Of a stretch of DNA of 64,000 bases, positions 48,866 through 63,900 are shown piece after piece. The stretch is taken from assembly GCA_964016885.1 (NCBI GenBank), contig OZ024742.1, positions 337,714,001 through 337,778,000 of the forward strand. The letters are read 5' to 3'. The stretch comes from Eledone cirrhosa. Lineage: Eukaryota. Each line of letters opens with the position of its first letter. Positions within the stretch are counted from its first letter, which is position 1. The notes below the pieces were generated by a model. That model did no database searches, was not told the DNA's origin, and was given only the letters and a program-made list of their open reading frames with translations. A program made the position numbers and the translations under genes.

Positions 48866-50968
48866 AAGAGAACAAAACAGTGAGTACATTAAATTATTAC
48901 ACCTAAAAGACTTAAAACTTAGACCTATTATAGCTGGTCCAACATGCCCCACTCACCGTCTAAGCAATTTTGTTGACATTATTTTGAAACCACTATGTAT
49001 TCACATACCCAGTTTCATCCGGGATGATATCGACTTCCTGTCCCATCTTCCCAAAACCACGGAAACGAATTCACTTCTACTCAGTTTTGATGTGGTAAGC
49101 CTTTACACCAACATTACACATGATTTAGGAATAAAGGCGGTTAAATACTGGGTGGAAAAACAGAGAAGTGATTCCCATTAGATTCACAGCGCCATTTATA
49201 TTAGACGCAGTTAAACTTATTCTGGAAAACAACACTTTCTTCTTCAATGGAAAGAATTACATCCAAATTAGAGGCACAGCGATGGGAACGAAGTTTGCTC
49301 CCGTTTACGCGAACTCTGTAATGGGATATTTAGAACAACTCTACCAAGAAATAGAGGAAAAATATAGTACTGACTTTAGAAAGCATTGAAAAATCTTGGA
49401 AGAGATACCTTGACGACTGTTTCATCATCTGGACAGAATCTCTAGATACTCTGGATGAGTTCAATATCCTCCTGAATAACCTACACCCATCTCTCCAATT
49501 CACAAAAGAGATGAGTAGGACCAAATTACCATTCCTAGATTTAATGATAATCAAAAACGACACCACCATTACCACGGATATATATTATAAACACACAGAC
49601 ACCCATCAATATCTGAATTTTAAGTCGTGCCATCCACCTCATACAAAACGCAACATCCCATACTGCCTAGCCAGAAGAATTTGTACCATTGTAGAAGATA
49701 CGAATACCAGGTACAAACGCCTAACAGAACTAAGAGAATTTTTGCTCAAACAAAAATACCCATCTCTACTTATAGAAAATGGCATACAGCGGGCTATAAA
49801 AATACCTATACAACAACTTAGAACAACCCAAGGAAGAAGAGACCAAGAACTGGTCATACCATTTATAATGACACACAACCCATGTCACCAGAATATATTC
49901 AACACTGCCAAAGCAAACCTACCGATCATTGCTCAAAGTAATGAATTAAAAGGCTTAATCACAGATCGATCTTTGACTCTTAGTAAAAGACAGCCAAAAA
50001 ATTTGAAGCAATTGCTAACAAAAGCAAAGTTTGACCTTAACAACAAAGACCAATCATTCACTGTATCTAAATGCAATGATAATCGATGCGGCACATGTCA
50101 ATCCATACACGCCGGTCAATATATGAAAACAAAAACTGGAAAAATATTCCCAAATGCAAATATGAACTGCAAAAGCAGAAATCTAATTTACTGCATTAAA
50201 TGCCCGAATTGTGAAGAACTATATGTCGGTCAAACTGGAAATGCACTATCGGAACGTGCACGGGTACACCGTCAACAAATCAGAGACCCAAATGTCCGTC
50301 AGATACCCCTAAGCGGCCACCTGGCAACATGTGGTCAGGGAATATTTATAATATTCCCATTCTACAAATTACACAGCCCAAGTGAAATCAAGAGAAAAAT
50401 CAAAGAAAAGAATTTTATTGATAAATTCAAACCCAAGCTAAATGAACAGTAATAACGCCTAGGGGTATTACTTCTACTACCACTATGACCACAACAACAA
50501 CAACAATAATAATAATAAAAGTGATGTTGATGGTGATGATTAATAGAAAATGCTATTTTCATCATTTCAAAAAGCAAAACAATTGATACGTTGGGTATGA
50601 CTATTGGTCGTTAGCATGCTCAACCAGCCGTGACGCTTAAACCAATCAGCTGTAGTAATTCAGTGAAACTACACACTGATTGGTTGAAATACAGTTTACA
50701 GGGCTTTGCATTCTGGAGCCACTTTTCTCTGTATAAAATGTATAAAAGGTAGTAAATTTACCCATCTCATTACAGTTGAAAATTGCAAACTCGACTGTCA
50801 CCACATATCATGAACCTGAAGATTGCGAAAGCATGAAAGTACTTGTTCAATTCACACTTAGAATTTAATATTCTATCATACTATTTCATTATAATACCAT
50901 ATTATATATATTTTAAAGGATTGTGAATAAAACGAGTAAATCAGACAAAGTTGCAATTCATCTTATTA
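48866..50968 (+). mobile_element. 5'-truncated Penelope-like retroelement (Neptune-like; RT, Cys-rich linker, GIY-YIG), frameshifted
   Basis: [42 protein letters not shown]; CxxxxCxxC linker; NLIYCIKCPNCEELYVGQT. Confidence 0.92.
50811..50849 (+). ncRNA. Minimal type I hammerhead ribozyme motif (PLE-associated)
   Basis: TGAAC-CTGAAGA-t-TGC gaaa GCA-t-GAAA-GTAC-TT-GTTCA: perfect 5-bp stem I, intact core boxes, palindromic stem III. Confidence 0.8.
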
Positions 50969-50996
50969 ATATATATATATATATACACACACACAC

Positions 50997-51027
<31 letters not shown>

Positions 51028-51728
51028 CACATACACACATATATATATATACACACATATATATATACACATACACATATATATATACATACACATATAT
51101 ATACACATACACATATATATACACATACACATATATATATATACATACACATATATATATATACATACACATACACACATATATATATATATACATACAC
51201 ATCTATATATATATATATATACATACACATCTATATATATATATATACATACACATCTATATATATATATATACATACACATCTATATATATATATATAC
51301 ATACACATCTATATATATATATATACATACACATCTATATATATATATATATACATACACATCTATATATATATATATATATACATACACATCTATATAT
51401 ATATATATATACATACACATCTATATATATATATATATATATACATACACATCTATATATATATATATATATACATACACATCTATATATATATATATAT
51501 ATACATACACATCTATATATATATATATATACATACACATCTATATATATATATATATACATACACATCTATATATATATATATATATACTTACACATCT
51601 ATATATATATATATATATATACTTACACATCTATATATATATATATATACATACACATCTATATATGTATATATATACATACACATCTATATATATATAT
51701 ATATATATATACATACATATATATACAC

Positions 51729-51759
<31 letters not shown>

Positions 51760-51846
51760 CATACATATATATATATACACATACATATATATATATATAC
51801 ACATACATATATATATATATATACACATACATATATATATATATAC

Positions 51847-51881
<35 letters not shown>

Positions 51882-51909
51882 TATACACATACATATATAT
51901 ATACATACA

Positions 51910-51945
<36 letters not shown>

Positions 51946-51952
51946 TATATAT

Positions 51953-51984
<32 letters not shown>

Positions 51985-52252
51985 ACATACATATATATAT
52001 ATATATATACACATACATATATATATATATATATATACACATATATATATATACATATACATACACACATATATATATATATACATACATATATATATAT
52101 ACATACACATATATATATATATACATACACATATATATATATATATACATACACATATATATATATATACATACACATATATATATACATACACATATAT
52201 ATATATATACATATACATATATATACATATATATACATATACATATATATAT

Positions 52253-53932
52253 CCCCCGTTCCATTATCTGGTGGTCTCTTAGAAAATTAGGTGTTGACGA
52301 ATGGCTTGTGAGAGCTATACAAGCCATGTATAAAGAAACAGTCAGTAAGGTTAGAATTAACAACGAATATAGTGAAGAGTTTAGCGTAAAAGTTGGTGTC
52401 CATCAGAGTTCTGTTCTTAGCCCCCTACTATTTATTATTGCCCTTCAGGCTATAACAGAGGAGTTCAAGACCGGCTGCCCATGGGAACTCCTATACGCAG
52501 ATGATCTAACGCTCATAGCTGAATCAATGACCGAACTAGAGAAGAAATTCCAAACGTGGAATTAACCTGGCTAAGACTAAAGTTCTAGTTTGTAGGAAAG
52601 AAAATAAGGCGGCGGTCCCATCGGGGAAATGGCCATGCTCAGTGTGTAGGAAAGGCGTAGGTAGAAACTCCATTTTATGTCCCAAATGCAAAGTATGGGT
52701 GCATAAAAGATGTAGTGGGATCACAGGTAAGCTAACTAAGAACATAGATTTTACATGTGGCCGGTGCTCTGGTGCAATAAGTAGCAGCAAGTGCCCACAA
52801 AATACTAGCTCCTTCAACTGCGCAGAGGCTTCTATAGAAATAGTGGACAGCTTCCGTTATCTGGGTGACAAAATCAGCAGTGGGGGAGGGTGCTCTGAAA
52901 GTACAGTAGCTAGAGTCAGAACTGGATGGAAAAAGATCAGAGAGCTTATACCACTATTAGCCGCTAGAGGGTTCTCCCTAAAAATGAAAGGCGGGTTATA
53001 CGATGCCTGCATACAAACAGCAATGTTGCATGGCAGTGAGACCTGGGCATTGTGTGCAGAGGATATACGCAGACTAGAGAGGAACGAAGCTTGCATGCTC
53101 CGCTGGATGTGCAATAGTAATATACGTGAACGGCAAAGCATAAACGAACTAAGGAAAAAATTAGAAATAAGAGGGATCAGATGTTGTTTACTCGAGAGAA
53201 GGCTACGTTGGTACGGTCACGTGATGCGCATGAAAGACGACAGCTGTATAACAAAGTGCAGGGCAATAAAGATAGACGGTAGCCACGGAGTAGGCAGACC
53301 CAGAAAAACATGGGACGAGCTGATAAATTCCGACCTCACACGCTTACACCTCTCCAAGACAATGTCACTGGACCGAGACCTTTGGCGGTACTCAGTAATA
53401 GAGAAGACCCGCCTTACCTAAATACAAAGTAAAAACCTACTACAGTCAGTAGGCATCTCTATCAAAATACACCCCCGTCCCACCACCCTCCACCCCACCC
53501 ACACCGCCCCTTTCAATGTAAAGTTATGTTGGTGCCACAACATCCAGGCCGAAACAAATGAGATCGTGTAGGTGTCACGACAAAAAACACACAGTCCACG
53601 CTGTAAATGTGGCCGTGTAGGCAACACGGTAAAAACCTCCCAGCCCCACACTGTAAATGTGGTTGGTGTTAGGAAGGGCATCCAGCTGTAGAAAACCCGC
53701 CAGACAGTCCACGCTGTAATGTGGCCGTGTAGGCAACACGGTAAAAACCTCCCAGCCCCACACTGTAAATGTGGTTGGTGTTAGGAAGGGCATCCAACTG
53801 TAGAAAACCCGCCAGACAGTCCTATGCGAGCAAGACAACCACTCTTGCCTCAAGTGGGAAAACCCCCGTCCAAACCCATGCAAGCGTGGAACACGGACGC
53901 TAAACCTGATGATGATGATGATGATGATGATG
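52253..53932 (+). mobile_element. 5'-truncated RTE-clade LINE of the PHD-RT family, inverted relative to 43563-44893
   Basis: [20 protein letters not shown]; short deletion near 52560; tandem duplication of roughly 110-115 bp in the 3' UTR; (GAT)n tail. Confidence 0.92.
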
Positions 53933-54536
53933 ATATATACATACACATATATATATATATATACATATACATACATACACATATATATACATACACATAC
54001 ACATATATATATACATATACATACACATCGATATATATATATATATACATACACATCGATATATATATATATATACATACACATCGATATATATATATAT
54101 ATACATACACATATATATATATATATATATACATACACATATATATATATATACATACACATATATATATATATATACATACACATATATATATACATAC
54201 ACACATATATATATATACATACACATATATATATATATATACATACACATATATATATATATATACATACAGATATATATATATATATATACATACAGAT
54301 ATATATATATATATATACATACACATATATATATATATACACATATATATATATATATATACATACACATATATATATATATATACATACACATATATAT
54401 ATATATATACATACACATATATATATATATATATATACATACACATATATATATATATATACATACACATATATATATATATATACATACACATATATAT
54501 ATATATATACATACACATATATATATATATATACAT

Positions 54537-54587
<51 letters not shown>

Positions 54588-54620
54588 GACACATATATAT
54601 ATATATACACATATACATAG

Positions 54621-54659
<39 letters not shown>

Positions 54660-54792
54660 TATATATATACACATACATACACATATATATATATATACAC
54701 ATATATATATATATATATACATACATATATATATATATATACACATATATATATATATATATATATACATACATACACATATATATATATAT

Positions 54793-54831
<39 letters not shown>

Positions 54832-54852
54832 CATACACATATATATATATAT

Positions 54853-54893
<41 letters not shown>

Positions 54894-54896
54894 CAT

Positions 54897-55027
<131 letters not shown>

Positions 55028-55264
55028 CACATATATATATATATATACATACACATATATATATATATATATATACATACACATATATATATATATATAC
55101 ATACATACACATATATATATATATATACATATATACACATATATATATATATACATACACACATATATATATATATACATACACACATATATATATATAT
55201 ATATATACATACACATATATATATATATATATATATACATACATATATATATATATATACATAC

Positions 55265-55296
<32 letters not shown>

Positions 55297-55332
55297 ATAT
55301 ACACATACACATATATATATATACACATACAC

Positions 55333-55830
55333 ATGGTGGCTGCCAACTCGTTTTCGAGTACGGCCACTACTTTATATCCATGTAGGAGAACCCCTACTGA
55401 TGCGCTGAACGAGTGTGACTTTTTAGTCCAGCCAGCGACTTGAAAGCTCTGGTACAAACACTACACTTGTGACAATTATTGACACATAGTGCTGGGCCCA
55501 TGGTACCATGTGACGACAAATGCAGAGAGATCTCCAGATATAAAGCAATGCCTGTGCCGTGAAGCTTTTATAGTGAGCAAAGGCACTGCACAAAGCCAGT
55601 CCCACTCTCTTAACCAAGATGATATTTACCAAAAAGAAGAACAAGTCAACATCATTGGATACCATCAGGGTTGCAGGTGTTATATCAGAGTTTTCCTTCT
55701 CCTAGAATTCTGCCTTGACAAAGGCTAAGGGGTCATCTCTCCCGGTGATTTTGGATGGCCATTGACTCTTAAGAGCTCCTTTGCCTTTTGACAGGTTTTG
55801 TTTTTAGTCCTGCAGGATGTCCAAAGTCAC
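55333..55830 (-). mobile_element. Bipartite non-autonomous RTE-derived element
   Basis: Near-identical to 37579-38072. Confidence 0.78.
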
Positions 55831-55884
55831 ATATATATATATATACATATACATATATATATATATATACATATACATACACAC

Positions 55885-55917
<33 letters not shown>

Positions 55918-55928
55918 TATATATACAT

Positions 55929-55963
<35 letters not shown>

Positions 55964-55974
55964 CATATATATAT

Positions 55975-56067
<93 letters not shown>

Positions 56068-56088
56068 CATATATATATATATATATAT

Positions 56089-56126
<38 letters not shown>

Positions 56127-56128
<2 letters not shown>

Positions 56129-59100
56129 CTTTGAATAACTTTGAAATGTTTTGGCCAGTATTGGCCCAGGCCATGTCTAACTTAATAGCACCACCTGGCG
56201 AAGTCTTTCAATTCAGGATTTGGGCACCATGGCCCATTCGAGAAGAGAATTACTGTTTGCGGAGACATATCCGGGTGTGGGTGGTTTGTCCGGGATTACT
56301 TGGAGGAATTTGTCCAAAGACTTCTTGAATTTTGTGTGGTCAGTTTCTGTTTTGACGTGTCCTGGTGTGATGTTGAAGAGAGCAGAGCCGATTGAGGTGA
56401 AATAATTGTGCCGTATTGTTGTTGAGTTGCGATTTAGATTTTTGAATGGGACGGATAGCACGGGGCCCAAGCCTTGGGTGTATCTTGAAGGCGATGCCAA
56501 CATCATTTGGGCAGTGATGATGGAACATTTTCCACATCATGCAGATAATATAACGCTCACGGCGACATTGGAGTGAGTAAAGTTTCAGGTTTTCTAATCG
56601 ACCCCAGTAGTCAAGGTCTGACATGCCATCTATCTTTTTCGTGATTGCCCTTTGAGGAGCTTCAAGTTTCATGATACTTTGTTTCGTGTGGGGAGACCAC
56701 AGTGGACAACAGTATTCAAGATGTGGTCGGGCAAAAGTAGAGAAGAGAAGGATAATGGTGCGGGAATCTCTCGACTGGAAGGTTCTGAGGATCCAGGAAC
56801 ACATTCTGCGGGCCATGTCAACTTTGCTGCTTATATGCGTGGTCCAGCTTATGTTGCTGTCCACGGTTACTCCCAAGTCTCTGATGTTGTTAGATGCCAC
56901 GAGAGTTTCCCCGGAGGGAAAGGAGTACGGGAGTTTCAGAGCATCCTCTTTTCCAAAGTGGATCAGTTCGAATTTGTCTTCGTTCAGTAACATGTTGTTC
57001 TTTTCCGCCCATTGGGTAACAGCCAGTAGGTCTGACTGAAGGCTTATCCGGTCATCCACGCCATTGATGACCTTTTGGAGCTTGGAATCATCAGCGAAAA
57101 TTTTAATGTTGCTGTGTTTGATGATGTCAGTGATGTCATTAATATAGATGATGAAGAGAAGTGGGCCCAACACAGTGCCTTGTGGGACCCCACTACTGAC
57201 TTTGGCTGGGCTGGATTTGACTCCCTCAACTACAACATGTTGGGTTCTGTTTGACAGGAAGCTCTTGATCCACTGCAGCAGCTTTCCAGTGACACCAATA
57301 TTGGACAGCTTTCTCAGTAGAATGTTATGATCAACCCTGTCAAAGGCCTTGCTGAAATCAAGGTAGATAACATCAGTGTTGGAACCCTCTCCCAAGGCTC
57401 TCAAAATGTCATCAAAGTGATGCAGTAGCTGCGTCAGGCAATCCCTTCCATTACGGAATCCATGCTGGTTGGAGTTCAGCATATTGTTACTCTCAAGGAA
57501 GTGGGTCATTCGCGATCTCACCACTCTCTCAAATACCTTAATGATATGAGAGGTGATTGAGATTGGACGGTAATTCACGGCAAGGGATTTGTTTCCCTTT
57601 TTGAAAACTGGGACAACAGACTGGGATAGAAGGTTTTCTGGCACATATCCAGCATCCAGTGAGTTCCGCCACAGATTGGCAAGAGGAGATGCAAGTTGGT
57701 GTTGACACGCCTTCAAGACACAAGCAGGGAACCTATCGGGACCTACTGCTGAATTATGCTTGATTTCCTTTATTGCCGCCAAGACATCAGGGGCGCCAAA
57801 CCTTATGTCCGACAAGGTGTAATGGGGAGTAAGATCGCCGATACAGCCCAGATCGGCCATATCAGGATTGCTGAAAACAGAGCAGTATTGTTTCTGCAGT
57901 ATCTCACCCATGGTTTTAGCATTGTCTTGAAGAGTGCCATTTTCATCAATTAGAGGGCCAACAGTAGAGCCAGTGATTTTGTGTTTTTTTGCAAATGAAA
58001 AGAATACTTTGGGATTGAGTTTGATCTTCTCAATGGCCCAGGCCTCTTCAGCTCTTCTCTGATTGTTGATGAGGGACATTATGTTGTTTTGGAGGTTATG
58101 TTTTTTAATCTCTAGTGATCAAAAAATGGCAGTCACAAGTTGATGTGTTGCTGCTGACAGTATTTCAGCTTGTTGATTTTTTTGTTCGTTCTCTTAATTT
58201 TTCTGATGAGCGTTTTCTATTTCTAGGGATTCTGCTCTTAGATTTGTTTATAGTTCTTAATGGGGTGTGTTTAGCACATATGTTTGTAACAGTGTCCACA
58301 AATGTCTGCCAGGACTTTTTGATGTTAGTGGGTGTATGAGTGTGCGTGAAGGACCAGTCGACATGTGCAAGATCATGACTGATCGCTTCCCAGTTTGCAT
58401 TGTGGAAATCCATAGCGTCAAACGGATGGACAGGAGAGATGACATTGGGTTTGTATATTGGACGGTGGAATCTCAGATCACAGAGAACCATGTCATGATC
58501 AGAGAGTAGAGTTTTCTCCACTGCAATATTGTGGATATTGTCAGTGTGATTGCTGAAAATTAAGTCTAGGACGTTTTTGTGGCACCTCGTTGGTTCGAGC
58601 ACCAGTTGGGATAGGAAGAAATCATCCATGAAGTCAAGAAGCGATTCCACAGCTTCCCTGTCAGAGGTTGAGGCAGAAGAACCTGGTGGCAGGCTGTTTG
58701 TGGACCAGTCAACGCCGGGGAGGTTGAAGTCCCCCATCATTAAGATGTTGTCAGGGTGACACTCTTGGATGAAACACTTTATGCTGTTGAGGCATTCCTT
58801 GAAGCATGGTACAGGCGTTTGGGGTGGCCTATAGAGCCCAACTACTAATAGGTTGTTGGTTTCACTGAATACAGTGACTGCCTCACAGTATCCATTAGTG
58901 AATATGTTCATAGCTTCTGTTGAGAAAGAATTATGGACATAAATGGCAGTTCCGCCCTTTCTTCTGCCAGCGCGATCAGCACGGATGGCTTTGAAATTTT
59001 TCACTTTCACCTCGGCTTCCAAGTGGAGGTTACTGAGATGGGTTTCAGTGAGGACGAAGAAAGGGATGTGGTTTGGATGGACATCAATCCAGTCCTCCAG

Positions 59101-59430
59101 GAATTTGATCTTCCATTTTTGAGTATTGGTGGAAGGGCCTTGGGCGTTAAGCAAAAATGTAGAGGCGAGAGTGGATGGTTTTAATTGTTTTGGTGTGTTG
59201 TTAATTTGTTTGTTTGTTAATGGCAGCAATGGGAGTTTGTGCAGTGGGGTGATAGTGGAGGGTGGTGCTAGGTGATAGCTCGAATGTTTTTTTCCAGTTC
59301 TTTTGCCAGATTCATTATGGCTAAAAAAGAGGAAGAAGTTTCCTGTTTAGAAGACTGTTGGTGACTGTGGTAGTGGTTATTTTTATGTAGGTTATGGTTT
59401 TTGTTTTTGCTTTTATTTTTAATTTTATTT
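56127..59430 (-). mobile_element. CR1/L2-group LINE: ORF1 C-terminal remnant, APE endonuclease (58165-59229) and RT (56340-58079), with frameshifts
   Basis: LNAQG, LTETHL, GGTAIY, YRPP, MGDFN, LDLIF, SDH; NYRPIS, QHGFR, YLDFSKAFD, SGVPQGTVLGP, FADDSK; 3' tandem TTCAAAGTTA twice. Confidence 0.92.
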
Positions 59431-59502
59431 TCATATATATACATACATACATACATATATATACATACATACATATACATACATACATATATATGTATAT
59501 AC

Positions 59503-59535
<33 letters not shown>

Positions 59536-59573
59536 CATACATACATACATATATATATACATACATATATACA

Positions 59574-59607
<34 letters not shown>

Positions 59608-60032
59608 CATACATATATATATACATACATACATACATACATATATACATACATACATACACATACATACATATATACACACATACATATATACACACAT
59701 ACATATATACACATACATATATATATATATACATACATATATATACATATATATATACATACATATATATATATACATATATACATACATATATACATAC
59801 ATATATACATACATATATATATACATATACATATATATACATATACATATATATACATATACATATATATACATATATAAATACATACATATATAAATAC
59901 ATACATATATATATACATACATATATATATACATACATATATATATACATACATATATATATACATACATACATATATACATATATATATACATACATAC
60001 ATATATACATACATACATATATACATACATAC

Positions 60033-60298
60033 ATGGTGGCTGCCAACTCGTTTTCGAGTACGGCCACTACTTTATATCCATGTAGGAGAACCCCTACCAA
60101 TGCGCTGAACGAATGTGACTTTTTAGTCCAGCCAGCGACTTGAAAACTCTGGTACAAACACTACACTTGTGACAATTATTGACACATAGTGCTGGGCCCA
60201 TGGTACCATGTGACGACCAGTGCAGAGAGATCTCCAGATATAAAGCAATGCCTGTGCTGTGAAGCTTTTATAGTGAGCAAAGGCACTGCACAAAGCAG
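60033..60298 (-). mobile_element. 5'-truncated bipartite RTE-derived element
   Basis: Matches 55333-55595. Confidence 0.75.
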
Positions 60299-60434
60299 CA
60301 TATATATATACATACACACATACATACATATACACATACATACATATACACATACATACATATATACATACATACATACATACATACATACACACATACA
60401 TACACACATACATATACATACATACATATATATA

Positions 60435-60466
<32 letters not shown>

Positions 60467-60515
60467 CACATACATACACATACACATACATACATATACA
60501 TATACATACATATAC

Positions 60516-60546
<31 letters not shown>

Positions 60547-60751
60547 CATATACATATATACATACATACATACATATACACATACATACATACATACATA
60601 TACATACATACATATACATATACATATACATACATACATATACACACATATATACATACATACACATACACATACATACACATATACATATATATACATA
60701 CACATACATACACATATACATATACATACATATATACATATACATACATAC

Positions 60752-60820
60752 ATGATGGCTGCCCCCTCGTTATCGAGTATGGCCATTGCACAATAAAAAA
60801 AAAAAAAAAAAAAAAAAAAA

Positions 60821-60875
<55 letters not shown>

Positions 60876-60954
60876 GCAATAATAATGATAACGACAACAA
60901 CAATAATAATATACATATTCATATATATATACACACACACGCACGCACATAAGC

Positions 60955-60994
<40 letters not shown>

Positions 60995-63900
60995 GATAGC
61001 AACTAACAGTGCTGCGATCGAATGTGGCTTTTTAGCCCAGCCAATGATCCAAAATGTCTTGCACAGAGTCGGCAACCAAAACATTTACTGGGAATAGTCG
61101 GCTGTGGTTGGAGTTCGTGTACTTTTGCATGTCGCTTGAGTCCTCCTGCTGATTTACATTCTCTACCACATGTTTGGCAAGCATGATGAGTAGCATCTCC
61201 AACAGCAGCCTGGTAGTCAACCACTGGTCTTACTTTATGACTGCGAAGATGACTTTCGAGTCCAGCTTTGCTTAGGCAGAGTCTCGCACAGACGCTGCAT
61301 GTCAGAAACATAGGAGGACCCTCGCCGTCTGGAAGTGCAACAGCAATACCCTTCCTCACGTCCCGCTTTACTTTCTCGTGTGCGATTCGAGATGCCTCAA
61401 AGGCAACTTTTCCCTCATATACAGTCTTTCTCCATTTATTACGATCAGCAGCAATATTTTCCCATGTATCAGCAGAGATGTTAGCGTCTTTCAGAGAGGC
61501 CTTCAAGGAATCCTTATACCTCTTTTTTGGTTTATGTGGCGGTCGTTTTCCTTTAACCAACTCTCCATAGAAGAGTTGTTTTGGTATTCTAGAATCCTTC
61601 ATCCTGGCAAGGTGACCACTCCAACGGAGTCGCTGCTTAAGCACAAGAGCTTCTATACTGTCACACATAGAGCTTTCCAAAATCTCGACATCACTGATGT
61701 GGTCCCTCCAGCGAACGCCATGTATCCGTCTGAGACACATCTGATGGAAACGCTCCAATTGCTTAAGGTGGCGTCGATATGTGACCCAGGTCTCGCAGGC
61801 ATAAAGAAGACAAGAGAGTACACATGCCCTGTACACCCTTACCTTTGTCCTCCTGCATATGTCTCGCCGACCCCAGAGTCGCCTTTCTAGCTTTCCGAAA
61901 GCATCACTTGCTTTCCTAATCCTAAGTGAGATTTCACCGTCAAGGTTGCCGTATCGATTGACAGTGCTTCCCAGGTAGACAAACTGATCAACCACTCCAA
62001 GTCGTTTGCCATACACATAGATGTTTGGTTCAGTGTACTGCCTACCAGGTGCAGGTTGGTACATGACGACGGTTTTCTTGAGACTGACAGTCAAACCCAG
62101 GGCAGTGCAAGCGTCAGAAAATACATTCAAAATGTGCTGCATATCACTCTCTGTGTGCGCTACAAGATCGCAATCATCTGCATACAAGAGGTCTCTTATG
62201 ACTGATGTAAATACTTTTGTCTTCGCAGCAAAGCGCCTGATGTTAAATATGCTGCCTGAGGTTCGATATCGGATGTAAACACCATGCTCGCAATTCCTGA
62301 ATGCAATACAGAAAACCATTGCAAAGTATATGGCAAACAGGGTCGGTGCTGGAATATCCCCCTGTTTCACACCATTTTTTACTGAGATAGGCTCCGACAT
62401 GTTACCTCCGACATTAACCCAAGCCTTCATGTCGTCATGGAAAGACCTAACTAAAGCAAGGAACTTATCAGGGCAACCAAGTTTCTGGAGAACCTTCCAT
62501 AATGCATCTCTGTTGACAGTATCGAAAGCCTTTGTCAGATCGACAAAAACCTGATACAGATCCAAGCCCTGTTCAATGCACTTCTCCTGGAGCTGTCTAG
62601 CTGAGAAGATCATATCAGTAGTGCCGCGTCCAACACGAAAACCAGATTGACTTTCAGGAAGGACACAATCTGCAATGTGTGTCAGCAGACGGTCCAGAAG
62701 CACCCTACATAAAACTTTCCCCACGACAGAAAGCAATGATATACCTCTGTAGTTCCCACAATCATTCCTGTTACCCTTTCCCTTGTACAAGACCACCATT
62801 ACCGCATCTCTCCAGTCCTCAGGCACGGATTCATTAGCCCATATCCCTCCAAACAGAGAGTGAAGATGTTGCAGGAGTCTCTCACCACCATATTGTAGGA
62901 GCTCAGCATGTATGCCATCCATACCTGGAGATCTTCCACTGTTCAGCTTCGAAATAGCCACTGCAACCTCCACAAGTGTCGGAGGCTCTGCGAGAGCTAC
63001 TTTCACAGGACTTTCCGGAATGAGATTGAGGAAATCTTCACTGACGACAGACGGCTGATTCAAAAGATCATCAAAGTGCTCCCGCCACCTTCGTAGAATT
63101 CCCTGTGAGTCACGAAGAAGTTCTTTGCCATCCCTGCTGCGAATCGGTGTCACCAGAGAAGAAGACGGTCCATAAACCTCACGCAAGAGACTGTACAACA
63201 GCTTTGTGTTATTGCAATCAGACGCAGTTTGTATCTCACCAGCCTTCTCACTCCACCACTGATCCTTCATCTGAGAAAGACTCCGCCTAACACGTGATTT
63301 TACATCCCTGAGCTCCTCATGCAACGTATTCCTCTCCTGTGGTCTTGCCGTCAAGTAGCGTGACAGAGCGCGCCTCTTATCAGCCAACAAGTCATCTATA
63401 TGCACATCTTTCTCATTAAACCAGTCCTGATGTTTTCTCTGCACCAAACCCAGAACACGTCTGCCTACATCATAAACCGACTTTTTAAGGGTCGGCCAAT
63501 CCTCACCAAGATCTGCAGCCTGCATCTCTTCTTCCAATGTCCTCTTCACATTTTTATCCTTAAGACGAGCAGCATTCAATCTTTTGGGCAGGGTAACACC
63601 AGGAGCCCGGATTTTACGTTTGGTGATTAGATTCACTTTTGCGCGTACCAGGCGGTGGTCCGTCCAGCACTCAGCTCCACGAAGAACACGAACACACCGC
63701 ACATCCTGTCTGTCACGCATCCTGACTAGGACGTAGTCCAAAAGATGCCATTCCTTAGATGCAGGATGCATCCATGTGGTCTTGAATTTGTTCTTTTGTT
63801 GGAACATGGTGTTGGTAACACACAGATCCAGCTCCTCACACACCTGCAGCAAGAGCATACCATTGCTGTTACACTTTCCCACCCCATGCCTTCCGATTAC

